From positions 13,549 to 77,548 of the forward strand of contig CAYJFB010000003.1 in assembly GCA_964369685.1 (NCBI GenBank): a stretch of 64,000 bases of DNA, in the 5' to 3' direction. This DNA is from an uncultured Desulfovibrionaceae bacterium (lineage in GTDB: Bacteria; Desulfobacterota; Desulfovibrionia; Desulfovibrionales; Desulfovibrionaceae). Under the pieces are notes generated by a model, which was not told the origin of the DNA, searched no databases, and saw nothing but the letters and a program-made list of their open reading frames with translations. Shown here piece after piece: positions 35,837 to 47,331 of this stretch. The first letter of the stretch is position 1. Each line of letters opens with the position of its first letter. Made by a program: the position numbers and the translations under genes.

Positions 35837-35932
35837 ATTATTTGATCCCGCGTCAGTTGCACTGCCGATGTTTGCGACACGCAATCGACGGCAGGAGATG
35901 TTGGAAGTTCAGCTTTGTATAAGGATAAAGCA

Positions 35933-36640
35933 ATGCCCCAATTCGGCAAAAAATATCGCAAGTCTGTGGAAGGTGTTGACCTCTCTCTGCGTTTTACCAT
36001 TGAAGAAGCCGTTGAAAAATCTTTGGCTGCCTCTTTTGCTAAATTTGACGAAACCGTTGATGTAGCCATTGGCTTGGGTGTTGATCCCAAGTATTCCGAT
36101 CAAATGGTTCGTGGTGCCGTGAATCTGCCTCACGGTCTTGGAAAAACAGTTCGCGTGGCTGTTTTTTGTAAAGGCGAAAAAGAAGCCGAAGCGCTTGGAG
36201 CCGGTGCCGATTATGCCGGTGCCGAAGAGCTCGTTGCAAAAATTAAAGATGGTTGGACGGGCTTTGACGCCGCTGTTGCCACACCTGATGTGATGGCTTT
36301 GGTCGGTCAGATAGGGCGTGTGCTTGGACCTCGCGGTCTGATGCCCAACGCAAAAACAGGTACAGTTACCTTTGATGTTGCCAAGGCTGTTGAAGAACTG
36401 AAAGCAGGGCGTGTTGACTTCAAAGTTGACAAAGCCGGTGTGCTCCATGCTCCGCTTGGTAAAGTTTCTTTTGGAGCAGAAAAGATTGTTGACAACCTCA
36501 AAGCATTGCTTGAGGCGGTGAATCGTTTGAAACCTTCTGCCGCAAAAGGCACATACATGCGTAACATGGCTGTTTCCACAACCATGGGACCCGGTTTCAA
36601 AGTTGACGTGACTGTCATCAAAAAATTTCTTGAAGGATAA
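35933..36640 (+). CDS. rplA: 50S ribosomal protein L1
   Basis: [11 protein letters not shown]... and [13 protein letters not shown]. The ATG at 35933 follows AAGGATAAAG. Confidence 0.96.
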   Translation: MPQFGKKYRKSVEGVDLSLRFTIEEAVEKSLAASFAKFDETVDVAIGLGVDPKYSDQMVRGAVNLPHGLGKTVRVAVFCKGEKEAEALGAGADYAGAEELVAKIKDGWTGFDAAVATPDVMALVGQIGRVLGPRGLMPNAKTGTVTFDVAKAVEELKAGRVDFKVDKAGVLHAPLGKVSFGAEKIVDNLKALLEAVNRLKPSAAKGTYMRNMAVSTTMGPGFKVDVTVIKKFLEG

Positions 36641-36690
36641 TTTTTTTGGGGAGTTCATCCTCAGCTTCCTTCTGAGACCTCGGGGGCGAT
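36641..36690 (+). repeat. Stop-codon-proximal repeat, short or degenerate copy D
   Basis: TAA-TTTTTTT-GGGGAG... is followed by the CTCAG-N7-CTGAG hairpin and CCTCGGGGG. Only the 5-prime module resembles copies B and C. Confidence 0.35.
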
Positions 36691-37062
36691 CAATATCTTG
36701 TCATTCTTCTGTCTTGGCAAGATATACATGTTACCCTGAGGTTCAGGGTTGCTCAAGGATTCTTTATATTCCTTGAAAAAATAACAATAATATTCTATTT
36801 TTTTTTCAGCAATGTTTTCTTTTTTAATGTTGTTGAAGACCGTGCAAGGAGTCTGTTCTTTTAGAACAGGTTTTGTTGAGCGAAGATTTTTCGCCTGCAT
36901 GGAAAAGGGCTTTTGCAGAATTTCTTCTGAGGAGCCTGTTTGTAGAGGATTGGAATTCAAGTCGAAGACGGTAGGAGGGGAAACCCTTAATTTTTCCTGC
37001 CCAGACAATGTACTTTGGCTTTGTAATTCCACCATGGCAACCCCCAATGTGAGGAGAGTCAC
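36691..37062 (+). promoter_or_regulatory. Long rplJ upstream region (probable rplJL promoter and L10-leader type autoregulatory RNA)
   Basis: A ~420-nt non-coding gap before rplJ contains several hairpins (CTGTTCT-TTT-AGAACAG, GCGAA-GATT-TTCGC). L10(L12)4 leader control is known in many bacteria. The leader motif itself was not verified. Confidence 0.4.
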
Positions 37063-37581
37063 GTGAACAGATCTGAAAAAGCCGCTGTTATTGAGCAGAT
37101 TAAGGCCAAAGCCGAAACTGCTTCCATTGCAGTGGTGACAGATTTCAAGGGGATGTCGGTGGAAGAATTGACGGGTTTGCGGGTAAAACTTCGCGAATGC
37201 GGTGGCGAATGCCTCGTAGTGAAGAATACCTTGGCTCGTATTGCTTTCACCGATAGTGTGCACGATTCCATTAAAGATGACTTTAAGGAAAACTGCGCTA
37301 TCGCTCTTGGTACTGACGACCCCGTGGCGGTGGCCAAGGCTGTGAGTGAATTTGCTAAGACCAGCAAAGTCTTCAAAATTCGGCATGCCAGCCTTGAAGG
37401 CAAGATGCTGAGTGCCGCTCAGGTTGAAGATTTGGCAAAGCTTCCGAGCAAACCGGAATTGCTTGCCAAGGCTCTTGGCACCATGAACGCCGTGCCCACC
37501 AATTTCGTTTCGTTGTTCGCCAATATGATCCGTCCGTTGTTGTATGCGTTGAAGGATCTGGAATCCAAGAAAGCCGCGTAG
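37063..37581 (+). CDS. rplJ: 50S ribosomal protein L10
   Basis: The GTG start follows [22 protein letters not shown].... Confidence 0.95.
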   Translation: MNRSEKAAVIEQIKAKAETASIAVVTDFKGMSVEELTGLRVKLRECGGECLVVKNTLARIAFTDSVHDSIKDDFKENCAIALGTDDPVAVAKAVSEFAKTSKVFKIRHASLEGKMLSAAQVEDLAKLPSKPELLAKALGTMNAVPTNFVSLFANMIRPLLYALKDLESKKAA

Positions 37582-37674
37582 TTTTTTTGTTTTCTTATTT
37601 GGCAAACCACGCGTATTCCGCGTCGGTTGTAATACCAGAACACGTCAAAGCCAACCCTTTTAAGGAGCATTCCC

Positions 37675-38058
37675 ATGTCCGTTACCAAAGAACAGGTTGT
37701 TGAATTTATTTCTAATATGACCGTGCTTGAACTTTCTGAATTCATCAAAGAACTCGAAGAAAAATTTGGCGTGAGCGCTGCTGCTCCTGCCGCAGCCATG
37801 ATGATGGCTCCTGCTGCCGGCGGTGCTGCTGCCGAAGCTGAAGAAAAAACCGAATTTGACGTTGTGTTGAAAGACGCCGGCGCCAATAAAATCGGTGTCA
37901 TCAAAGTTGTGCGCGCTCTGACCGGTCTTGGTCTGAAAGAAGCGAAAGACAAAGTTGACGGCGCTCCCGCTACTTTGAAAGAAGCTGTCTCTAAAGACGA
38001 AGCCGAAGAAGCCAAAAAGCAATTGACCGAAGCCGGCGCTACCGTCGAAATCAAATAG
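37675..38058 (+). CDS. rplL: 50S ribosomal protein L7/L12
   Basis: An Ala-rich hinge and [15 protein letters not shown].... Confidence 0.97.
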   Translation: MSVTKEQVVEFISNMTVLELSEFIKELEEKFGVSAAAPAAAMMMAPAAGGAAAEAEEKTEFDVVLKDAGANKIGVIKVVRALTGLGLKEAKDKVDGAPATLKEAVSKDEAEEAKKQLTEAGATVEIK

Positions 38059-38115
38059 TTTTTTGCTTATTTGCAGAATGTTCATGTCTTTGACACTGAA
38101 CGTTGCTGAATGTGA

Positions 38116-38160
38116 AGAGCGTGTTTTGTCTTGCTTTGCTTACAAAACACGCTCTTTTTA
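38116..38160 (+). terminator. Canonical intrinsic terminator after rplL
   Basis: AGAGCGTGTTTTGT-N12-ACAAAACACGCTCT followed by TTTTTAT. Confidence 0.85.
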
Positions 38161-38309
38161 TATACAATGAAGAATAGCTTTTGTTTTTTAAAACGGTGTG
38201 TCTGTTTTATGTAAAGAGTATTTTTAAGAATATTCTTATGATTATATGGACGCTGTGCTTGTGTTTTTTTATCTCAAACCATAACTATTATTTTTTTGTG
38301 AGGGCTGTC

Positions 38310-38654
38310 ATGAATTATGATCTTTCTGTGCATATTGATATGGGTGACCCTGATATTCTTGGACTTTCAATCCGTAATATTATACACTATATTGCCGCAC
38401 TCCCCGGGGAGACGATGCGTGTGCGTTTAGTCGCCAACGGTCCCGCCGTACAACTCTTTACGAAAACGTGCCTCTATGCAGACGATATTGCAGATTTGGC
38501 GTCTAAAGGGGTTACCTTTGCTATGTGTACCAACGCCATGAAAAAATTTGAAGTTTCAAGTGATGATTTGCTTCCTGCTTGTGAAATTGTGCCTGCCGGT
38601 GTTGTTGAGCTGGTGCGTCTGCAACGTGAAGGCTTTGCATATATAAAACCTTAG
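38310..38654 (+). CDS. DsrE/DsrF-like family small protein (COG1416-like)
   Basis: 114 aa with VANGPAVQLF, FAMCTNAM, VPAGVVELVRLQREGFAYIKP at the C-terminus. The ATG at 38310 is chosen; the upstream ORF extension is AT-rich nonsense. Confidence 0.65.
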   Translation: MNYDLSVHIDMGDPDILGLSIRNIIHYIAALPGETMRVRLVANGPAVQLFTKTCLYADDIADLASKGVTFAMCTNAMKKFEVSSDDLLPACEIVPAGVVELVRLQREGFAYIKP

Positions 38655-38716
38655 TGTTCTTTTTTTTGGGGAGGCTTCCTTCGAGGTGAGGTCTTCCCCA
38701 AATCCTTGTGTTTTTT
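38655..38716 (+). repeat. Stop-codon-proximal repeat, short copy C
   Basis: TAG-TGTTC-TTTTTTTT-GGGGAGG...CTTCCCC-AAATCCTTGTG-TTTTTT. Confidence 0.5.
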
Positions 38717-38718
38717 AG

Positions 38719-40812
<2,094 letters not shown>

Positions 40813-40872
40813 TTCTGAGAAAAAGGTTTTGGCCGTGTAGGAAAGTATGTTTTTCCAAAAAAGTATAATCTT

Positions 40873-42057
40873 TTAACTCTGTTCTTTGTCTTGAAAAAAA
40901 AGACGCCCGCGGTTAACTTTGCCTTCAAGGGCATCAAGCACTTTATCGAGTTTGTTGCGTTGTTCTTCACGCGCTTGGTTTTGCGGTTCGTTGCCGAGAG
41001 GTAAAAGAAGTTGTTGAGGGGGTGCGTGAAAACCGGAAATGCCGAGACCCACAAGGCGTACAGATTGTGTGAGTTCAAGATTGTTGAGCAGTGTGCAGGC
41101 GTGTTCAAATATGGTTTCTGTGGCACACGTCGGCGTTGATAGGCTTATTTGGCGTGTGATTTGCCGAAAATCGGCATATTTTATTTTGAGTGTCACCACG
41201 CGTCCGGCTCGATGCTGTTTACGCAATGAACGCCCAACACGATCGGCATGTATAAACAGATAGTGTTGTAAGCGTTCTTTATCAGCGGTGTCTTGTTCAA
41301 GGGTGCATTCGGCACTTTCTGATTTGGGTTCTGTATAGGGTTCGACGGCACGGGGATCAATACCGCATGCACGTTGAAATAAAATATGTCCCGGTTTACC
41401 GAAGCGACGTTCCCAAAAACTTTGCGGACGGGTGGTTACCTGACCGCACGTTTGTACGCCCAATGCAGACAGTTGCGCTAAAAATTGTTTTCCCACTCCC
41501 GGAATCTTTTTGACGGGAAGATGATGTAAAAAAGTATGTATATCTTGTTGTTGTATAATATACAGTCCATCGGGTTTATTCATATCCGAAGCAATTTTTG
41601 CCAAAAATTTGATCGGCGCAACCCCTACAGAACACCGTAAACCGCCTGTCGTTGTAAAAATGCGCTCTTTAACCATATAAGCAATACATGTCGAATCGCC
41701 AAACAGGCGTGCCAATCCTGTAATATCAAGGTAGGCTTCATCAATAGAAGCCTGCTCGACATATGGAGAAATGTCCTGTAAAACGCTTTGAACAATCTTT
41801 GACACTTCTACATATCGCGCTCGGCGTACAGGCATACAAACCGCCTGTGGACAACGTTGTAAAGCTTGAAACAGCGGCATACCCGAACGTACGCCAAACG
41901 CTCTGGCCTCATACGAACACGCACTCACCACGCTTCGCCGTCCCGTTCCCACAATAACAGGACGACCGATAAGTTCCGGATGGTCATGTTGTTCAATAGA
42001 AGCATAAAAGGCATCCATATCAACATGCATGATCAGAGGTGTTGTTTTTTGTTCCAT
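40873..42057 (-). CDS. dinB: DNA polymerase IV
   Basis: IMHVDMDAFYASIEQ, SIDEAYLDIT and PGVGK. Confidence 0.93.
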   Translation of the reverse strand: MEQKTTPLIMHVDMDAFYASIEQHDHPELIGRPVIVGTGRRSVVSACSYEARAFGVRSGMPLFQALQRCPQAVCMPVRRARYVEVSKIVQSVLQDISPYVEQASIDEAYLDITGLARLFGDSTCIAYMVKERIFTTTGGLRCSVGVAPIKFLAKIASDMNKPDGLYIIQQQDIHTFLHHLPVKKIPGVGKQFLAQLSALGVQTCGQVTTRPQSFWERRFGKPGHILFQRACGIDPRAVEPYTEPKSESAECTLEQDTADKERLQHYLFIHADRVGRSLRKQHRAGRVVTLKIKYADFRQITRQISLSTPTCATETIFEHACTLLNNLELTQSVRLVGLGISGFHAPPQQLLLPLGNEPQNQAREEQRNKLDKVLDALEGKVNRGRLFFQDKEQS

Positions 42058-42270
42058 AGGTATGTGTGTCTGTTTTTTATAACGTGTAGATGTGTAAAAC
42101 CGTTGTTCAGGAACGCTACAATCTTATACACTCAACAAGCATCCTTTCCCTTTAGAAAAAAAGCTTAGCTTATTGTCATCTGAAGGGCAAACGGTAATGA
42201 AATTTTTTGGGATATTGTACAGTCGCATGAGTGTACGGCATCAAACGATCTTTTCAAGAAGGGCTCTATT

Positions 42271-43116
42271 ATGTGGGAATATACCGATACGGTCAGAGAA
42301 CATTTTTTAAATCCACGCAACGCCGGTGAAATGCAAAACGCCAACGCCATCGGTGACGTTGGCAGCCTGTCATGCGGCGACGCATTGAAACTGTTTTTAA
42401 AAATCTCAGAAAAAGGCATCATTGAAGATGCCTCTTTCCAAACTTTCGGCTGTGCCAGTGCCATTGCCTCAAGTTCGGCTCTTACCGAAATGGTTAAAGG
42501 CAAGCACGTTGACGAAGCCGCAAAAATTACCAACAAAGAGATCGCCGCCTACCTTGGTGGGCTGCCCGAAGCCAAAATGCACTGCTCTGTCATGGGTGAA
42601 GAGGCGCTTGACGCCGCCCTGAGAAGCTGGCGCGGAGAATCTGCCAAACCCCATTGTCATGAAGGGACTGTCATTTGCACATGCTTTGGCATTACCGATC
42701 TGCAAATTCGTCGTATCGCACAAGAAAGTAACCTCACAACTGTTGAAGACATCACCCATTACACCAAAGCCGGCGGCGGTTGCGGACGTTGTGTCGACGC
42801 CATTCAGCAAATCCTTGATGAAGAACAAGGTAAACCCCGATTGAAAGAACTCAATATTAAACCCAAAACCATGTTGACCAACATCCAACGCATGCAAAAA
42901 ATCATGCATGTCCTTGAAGATGAAATTAAACCGCGTTTGGCCGTGGATGGTGGCGATATCGAGTTGATTGATGTCAACGGACAAGAAGTCCTTGTTCAAT
43001 TTTTAGGTAAATGCGCTTCTTGCCGCTCACGGCAAAATACTATTCGGGAAATGGTTGAAAAGATTTTGCGTGAACAAGTTGAAAGCGATTTGCATGTGGA
43101 GGAAGTCAGCGCATGA
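42271..43116 (+). CDS. nifU: NifU-type Fe-S cluster scaffold (IscU-like N domain, BFD-like [2Fe-2S] domain, NifU C domain)
   Basis: CGDALKL, FGCASAIASS, HCSV, AGGGCGRC and the C-terminal CASC. Confidence 0.9.
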   Translation: MWEYTDTVREHFLNPRNAGEMQNANAIGDVGSLSCGDALKLFLKISEKGIIEDASFQTFGCASAIASSSALTEMVKGKHVDEAAKITNKEIAAYLGGLPEAKMHCSVMGEEALDAALRSWRGESAKPHCHEGTVICTCFGITDLQIRRIAQESNLTTVEDITHYTKAGGGCGRCVDAIQQILDEEQGKPRLKELNIKPKTMLTNIQRMQKIMHVLEDEIKPRLAVDGGDIELIDVNGQEVLVQFLGKCASCRSRQNTIREMVEKILREQVESDLHVEEVSA

Positions 43117-44267
43117 ACACCGTATACTTTGACAACAACGCGACGACCATGGTGGCTCCCGAAGTCGTTGAAAGCATGGTGCCCTTTTTTGGCGAATATT
43201 ACGGCAATGCCTCAAGTATGCACTCCTTTGGCGGGCAAGTTGGTGCCAAACTTCGTACCGCGCGTGAACAAGTCGCTCAACTCCTGTATGCAGAAGCTGA
43301 TGAAATTACATTCACTTCCTGCGGTACGGAAAGTGACGCTACGGCCTTTTATGCCGCAACAGAAACACAACCTGACAAACGACACATCATTACCACAAAA
43401 GTTGAACATTCCGCCGTGCTCGCCGCCGCACAAGGTTTTGAAAGTCGTGGCTATGAGGTCACATGGCTTGGTGTTGACGAAAAAGGACAAATCAATCTTG
43501 ATGAATTGGCAGGAGCCATACGCAAGGATACCGCGCTTGTCTCCGTCATGCACGCCAATAATGAAACAGGAACTGTCTTTCCAATAGCAAAAATAGCTGA
43601 TATTGTTAAAGAACGTGGTGCTTTGTTGCATGTAGATGCGGTTCAAAGTGTCGGCAAAATTGATTTGAATTTGGCAAATGTGCCCATCGACTTTTTGGCT
43701 GTTTCCGGTCATAAACTGCATGCACCGAAAGGTGTCGGTGTTTTGTATACTCGTCGTGGTACACGTTTTCGTGCCTTCCTTTGCGGAGGACATCAAGAAC
43801 GTGGACGACGTGCGGGCACAGAAAACGCCCCCTATATTGTCGGACTCGGTACCGCTTGTGAATTGGCCGGTCGATTCATACATGAAGAACAAACACGTGT
43901 TGCCGCACTTCGCGATCGCCTCGAACAACAGCTTCTCAAAAATATCCCCGACAGCATCATTAATGGTGACAGTGCAAACCGTCTTCCAAATACCACCAAT
44001 ATTTCATTTAAAAATATTGAAGGTGAAGCCATTTTGTTGATGATTGATCGTTTAGGTATTGCGGCCAGTTCAGGTTCTGCTTGCACGTCGGGAAGTCTTG
44101 AACCTTCGCATGTGCTTCGTGCCATGGGGGTGCCTTTTACGTATGCTCACGGTTCGATTCGTTTTTCACTTTCTCGTTATACAACAGAACAAGAGGTTGA
44201 GTATGTCATTGCTGAACTTCCGGCAGTCATTCAACGCTTGCGAGAATTGTCACCATTTAAAGAATAA
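43113..44267 (+). CDS. nifS: Cysteine desulfurase NifS
   Basis: SGHKLHAPKGVG (PLP lysine) and SSGSACTSG (catalytic Cys). The gene overlaps the nifU stop. Confidence 0.93.
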   Translation: MNTVYFDNNATTMVAPEVVESMVPFFGEYYGNASSMHSFGGQVGAKLRTAREQVAQLLYAEADEITFTSCGTESDATAFYAATETQPDKRHIITTKVEHSAVLAAAQGFESRGYEVTWLGVDEKGQINLDELAGAIRKDTALVSVMHANNETGTVFPIAKIADIVKERGALLHVDAVQSVGKIDLNLANVPIDFLAVSGHKLHAPKGVGVLYTRRGTRFRAFLCGGHQERGRRAGTENAPYIVGLGTACELAGRFIHEEQTRVAALRDRLEQQLLKNIPDSIINGDSANRLPNTTNISFKNIEGEAILLMIDRLGIAASSGSACTSGSLEPSHVLRAMGVPFTYAHGSIRFSLSRYTTEQEVEYVIAELPAVIQRLRELSPFKE

Positions 44268-44285
44268 TTTTATAACATCTATGTA

Positions 44286-44323
44286 TAAAGCAGAATGTAT
44301 TCGATCAAATACATTCTGCTTTA
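44286..44323. terminator. Bidirectional hairpin between the convergent nifS and the 120-aa ORF
   Basis: TAAAGCAGAATGTATT-CGATCA-AATACATTCTGCTTTA (16-bp arms), flanked by A/T-rich sequence. Confidence 0.7.
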
Positions 44324-44377
44324 TACAAATAAAAAATGAATAATTTTACAAAGATGAAAAATATTCAAATATTTTGA

Positions 44378-44740
44378 TCAAAATTGTACGGTATGCAGCA
44401 ATTTGGTTGCCGATTCGGTTGCATTGTTTAATTCATGACGTAAGGCTCTGTAAAAAGAATATTCTTTCTCATCAAGATGTTGTACAAAATAACAGTGATC
44501 CAAAAACGATAAAAGCACCCCGACAGTTGTCCCCATACCGAGCAATGTTGTACATACATGACAATACATATCACGATCCATTGAAGCAATACTCGTATCA
44601 TTGGCTTCAATATCCATTGAGACCATATACGTCTCGTCAGTTTCAATATCTTCAACACTGCCCAAAAGCATTTTCTGCTCATCAGGAGTCAGTAAGCAAC
44701 TTTTGTGTGTCGCTGAAGAAGTCCAGCTGGTTTTATTCAT
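44378..44740 (-). CDS. Hypothetical acidic 120-aa protein
   Basis: The ATG follows AAGGA. No recognisable motif. The context is AT-rich. Confidence 0.45.
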   Translation of the reverse strand: MNKTSWTSSATHKSCLLTPDEQKMLLGSVEDIETDETYMVSMDIEANDTSIASMDRDMYCHVCTTLLGMGTTVGVLLSFLDHCYFVQHLDEKEYSFYRALRHELNNATESATKLLHTVQF

Positions 44741-44936
44741 GATGTGATCCTTGGCTTTGTAAATATTTCAAAGTAGAGCCTTCTTCACGCTTAAATAGAA
44801 GCAAAAAAAAGGCCATATTGTTTTTTTTGAATTATTTCAAAATGATAGACAAATTTTAAAACATGCTTATTTAATTTTTATTGATATTTTGCCTCTTTTT
44901 GTTCAAAAAAACGGCGACCTGCCACATCTTTCAGAC

Positions 44937-44964
44937 TTGACAGTCTTGATGCCTTGGCTAGAAT
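44937..44964 (+). promoter_or_regulatory. Near-consensus sigma-70 promoter (TTGACA-N16-TAGAAT), ~320 nt upstream of motA
   Basis: TTGACA at 44937-44942 and TAGAAT at 44959-44964. Confidence 0.5.
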
Positions 44965-45117
44965 ATATATTGTTGGTTGTTTATTTTTACTTTTGTTTGA
45001 AAAACATTATATAGATGTATGCAGAAAAATAACAAAACCTAAAAGAATGTCAAAAATTTGCCGAATACTGTCTTGTGGTAAAAAGAAGACATCTTTTTTT
45101 GTTGAATATTCCTGGTT

Positions 45118-45148
45118 CGGCATTTTTTTTGCTACTACTTGCCGATAG
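45118..45148 (+). promoter_or_regulatory. Overlapping sigma-54-like (CGGCAT-N5-TTGCT) and sigma-28 -10-like (GCCGATAG) motifs upstream of motA
   Basis: The GG at 45119-45120 and GC at 45131-45132 have exact -24/-12 spacing. GCCGATAG lies at 45141-45148, but its -35 match is poor. Confidence 0.35.
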
Positions 45149-45287
45149 AATGGCAGACGTCTGCTGTGTGGCAAAAAAATATGGATTACATGCATCGTTG
45201 GCGCAAGAGCTTTTTATCACGCGTTGCATGACATTGTGAGATGAAAACACATAATATTACACCGGGTAATGGGGAGAGCATTTACGT

Positions 45288-46049
45288 ATGGATATACCTA
45301 CCCTACTAGGCATCTTGGCAGGCATTGGCTTGGTTTTGGCAGCTATTTTTACTGGCGGCTCTGCAGGAAAATTTATTGACGTCCCAAGCCTCATGATTGT
45401 TGTCGGAGGGGTTTGCGCATCTATTTTTATCAGCTTCCCCGCCGAGGAAGTGATGCAGGCCATTCGTGCAGGTGTAAAAGTTTTTTCTTCACGCAAAACC
45501 AAATCAGCCGAAGTGGTTGACACGATGGTGCAAGTGGCAGAAATCAGCCGCCGTGAAGGCTTGTTGGCTCTTGAAAAGGTGCAAGCAGATAATCCGTTGT
45601 TGAAAAAAGCAACACAACTGATTGCCGACAACGCAGGCAATACCTTGATTCACGAAACCGTGACCATTGAAATCGCTTCTATGAAACGGCGGCACAATAT
45701 TGGGATTTCAGTTTTTCAAAAGCTTGGTGTACTTGGCCCTACGTTTGGAATGATTGGTACGCTGATCGGGCTTGTACAGATGCTTGCCAACATGTCTGAT
45801 CCGTCGGCACTGGGGCCTGCTATGGCTGTCGCTATTTTGACAACCTTCTACGGCAGTTTTATTGCCAACTTGCTTTTTATCCCCATGGCAGACAAACTGA
45901 AAGCACGGAGTATGCAAGAAGAATTGGTGTTGTTCATTATTTTTGAAGGTGCCAAATGTATTCTTGAAAACAATAATCCGCGACTTGTTTATGAAAAACT
46001 TTCTTCATTCTTGCCACCGGCTGAACGTGTCAAAAAAGATGACAAATAA
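45288..46049 (+). CDS. motA: Flagellar stator protein MotA/PomA
   Basis: A four-TM protein with GPTFGMIGTLIGLV and AVAILTTFYG. Confidence 0.92.
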   Translation: MDIPTLLGILAGIGLVLAAIFTGGSAGKFIDVPSLMIVVGGVCASIFISFPAEEVMQAIRAGVKVFSSRKTKSAEVVDTMVQVAEISRREGLLALEKVQADNPLLKKATQLIADNAGNTLIHETVTIEIASMKRRHNIGISVFQKLGVLGPTFGMIGTLIGLVQMLANMSDPSALGPAMAVAILTTFYGSFIANLLFIPMADKLKARSMQEELVLFIIFEGAKCILENNNPRLVYEKLSSFLPPAERVKKDDK

Positions 46050-46075
46050 ATGCCAAAGCACTGAGGAGACAGATT

Positions 46076-46810
46076 ATGATCGATGATAACGAAGCCGAAG
46101 GCGGCGGGGACGACGCACCGTGGATGGCTACATTTTGTGATATTTGTATGCTTTTATTATGTTTTTTTGTGTTGATTCTTTCTATGTCCACAACAGATAA
46201 ACGACGCTTTGGTGAGTCCTTCAGTGCCATTCGTGCGACGTTTGGCGGACTGGGCTCTGCCACCCCCAACGAATTAACAGGTTCCCCTGAAGAAAATGTT
46301 GAACTGCAAGACATGGTTCGTTTTCAACGTGAACTTGAAGAGGCACAAAAACAAGATTTTGATGAGTTGCGTCAACTCATTACAAGCAATAATTTGGATC
46401 AGTTTGTCAATGCAACGCTGGATGAAGGCATCATCACGTTGCGCTTACCTTCTTCGGTCATGTTTGAGGCGTCATCAGAAAGAATTAGCCCCAATGGCTT
46501 GAGCTTATTAACATATATGCGCAATATTTTATTGAAAATGCGTGAACAAAACGTGAATATTCGTGGCTATACGGATGACTCCCCCATTGAGCCGGGATTG
46601 CGTTTTAAAGATAACTGGGAACTTTCGGCATTGCGTGCCGTGAATGTTTTGCGGACACTCATCAGTGGTGGTATTGAGCCTGTTCGGATGACTGCTTCGG
46701 GCATGGGGGATCTAAACCCCTTGGCTCCCAATACGACAGAAGAAAATAGGGCAATGAATCGACGCGTTGAATTTGTTTTAACTCGAAACGTGTCTAATGA
46801 GAACAAATAA
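46076..46810 (+). CDS. motB: Flagellar stator protein MotB (OmpA-like C-terminal domain)
   Basis: APWMATFCDICMLLLCFFVLIL contains the conserved Asp before the TM. The C-terminus carries NWELSALRA and NRRVEF. Confidence 0.92.
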   Translation: MIDDNEAEGGGDDAPWMATFCDICMLLLCFFVLILSMSTTDKRRFGESFSAIRATFGGLGSATPNELTGSPEENVELQDMVRFQRELEEAQKQDFDELRQLITSNNLDQFVNATLDEGIITLRLPSSVMFEASSERISPNGLSLLTYMRNILLKMREQNVNIRGYTDDSPIEPGLRFKDNWELSALRAVNVLRTLISGGIEPVRMTASGMGDLNPLAPNTTEENRAMNRRVEFVLTRNVSNENK

Positions 46811-46833
46811 TCTCTTTTGTATTGAGGAACGTG

Positions 46834-47223
46834 ATGTCTTTCAACGTTACATACAATGAATCGGGTAAGAGGGATGCTTTTCGTGCCAGTCTTCCGGGAC
46901 TTTTTGTGCGAATTGATGGAGAAACGTTTTGTAAAGTGAATGATCTTAGTGCAAGCGGTATAGGCTTTACGCCGCCGAGTGAGGGTGTCATTTTTGCTGA
47001 CGGGCATCCCTTGGAACAAAATGAGGACTTTGTGTTAGATTTGCTTATAGGTAACAAAGTTGTCATGGAGTTGTTGGGCGTGCTCGCTGTACGAATCAAA
47101 AAAGATTTGATTGCCTGTACATTTATCAATATGGATCGTCTGCAAGAAGAACGTCTCGATAAAATTGTACTTGAAATTCAAAAACACATTATCATGCGCC
47201 GTAAAGCCGAAGAAACAACTTAA
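46834..47223 (+). CDS. Single-domain PilZ protein (c-di-GMP receptor candidate) in the motAB operon
   Basis: The N-terminal basic motif KRDAFR is followed by NDLSASGIGF (D/NxSxxG). The ATG follows GAGGAA, 23 nt after the motB stop. Confidence 0.75.
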   Translation: MSFNVTYNESGKRDAFRASLPGLFVRIDGETFCKVNDLSASGIGFTPPSEGVIFADGHPLEQNEDFVLDLLIGNKVVMELLGVLAVRIKKDLIACTFINMDRLQEERLDKIVLEIQKHIIMRRKAEETT

Positions 47224-47331
47224 TCTTTTTCTTTTTTTGGAAGGATCATACTTCCATAGCACCCCTTAACGGGCACAATCAGGCGGATTGACGGCATTGT
47301 TTTGCATTGTTGGTTATCCGCCTTGTTTTTT
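47224..47331 (+). repeat. Stop-codon-proximal composite repeat, copy E (its second hairpin carries a T-tail and is therefore also terminator-like)
   Basis: A T/C tract; TGGAAG-N7-CTTCCA (47238-47256); ACCCCTTAAC (47261-47270); AGGCGGAT-N27-ATCCGCCT (47281-47323) followed by TGTTTTTT. The loop aligns 18/26 with the loop of copy B. Confidence 0.65.

Noticed and set aside
36661-37605. A 314-aa minus-strand ORF, plus 35909-36658 (249 aa), 35408-35884 and 37419-38054 on the minus strand.
   Set aside because: All are antisense to the unambiguous ribosomal protein genes rplK, rplA, rplJ and rplL and their leader. Their translations are low-complexity, and the ORFs are typical shadow ORFs.
44954-45148. 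A 64-aa ORF in the motA upstream region.
   Set aside because: It begins at a TTG inside the predicted promoter spacer and -10 region, has no SD, and gives a hydrophobic and basic nonsense-like translation in very AT-rich DNA.
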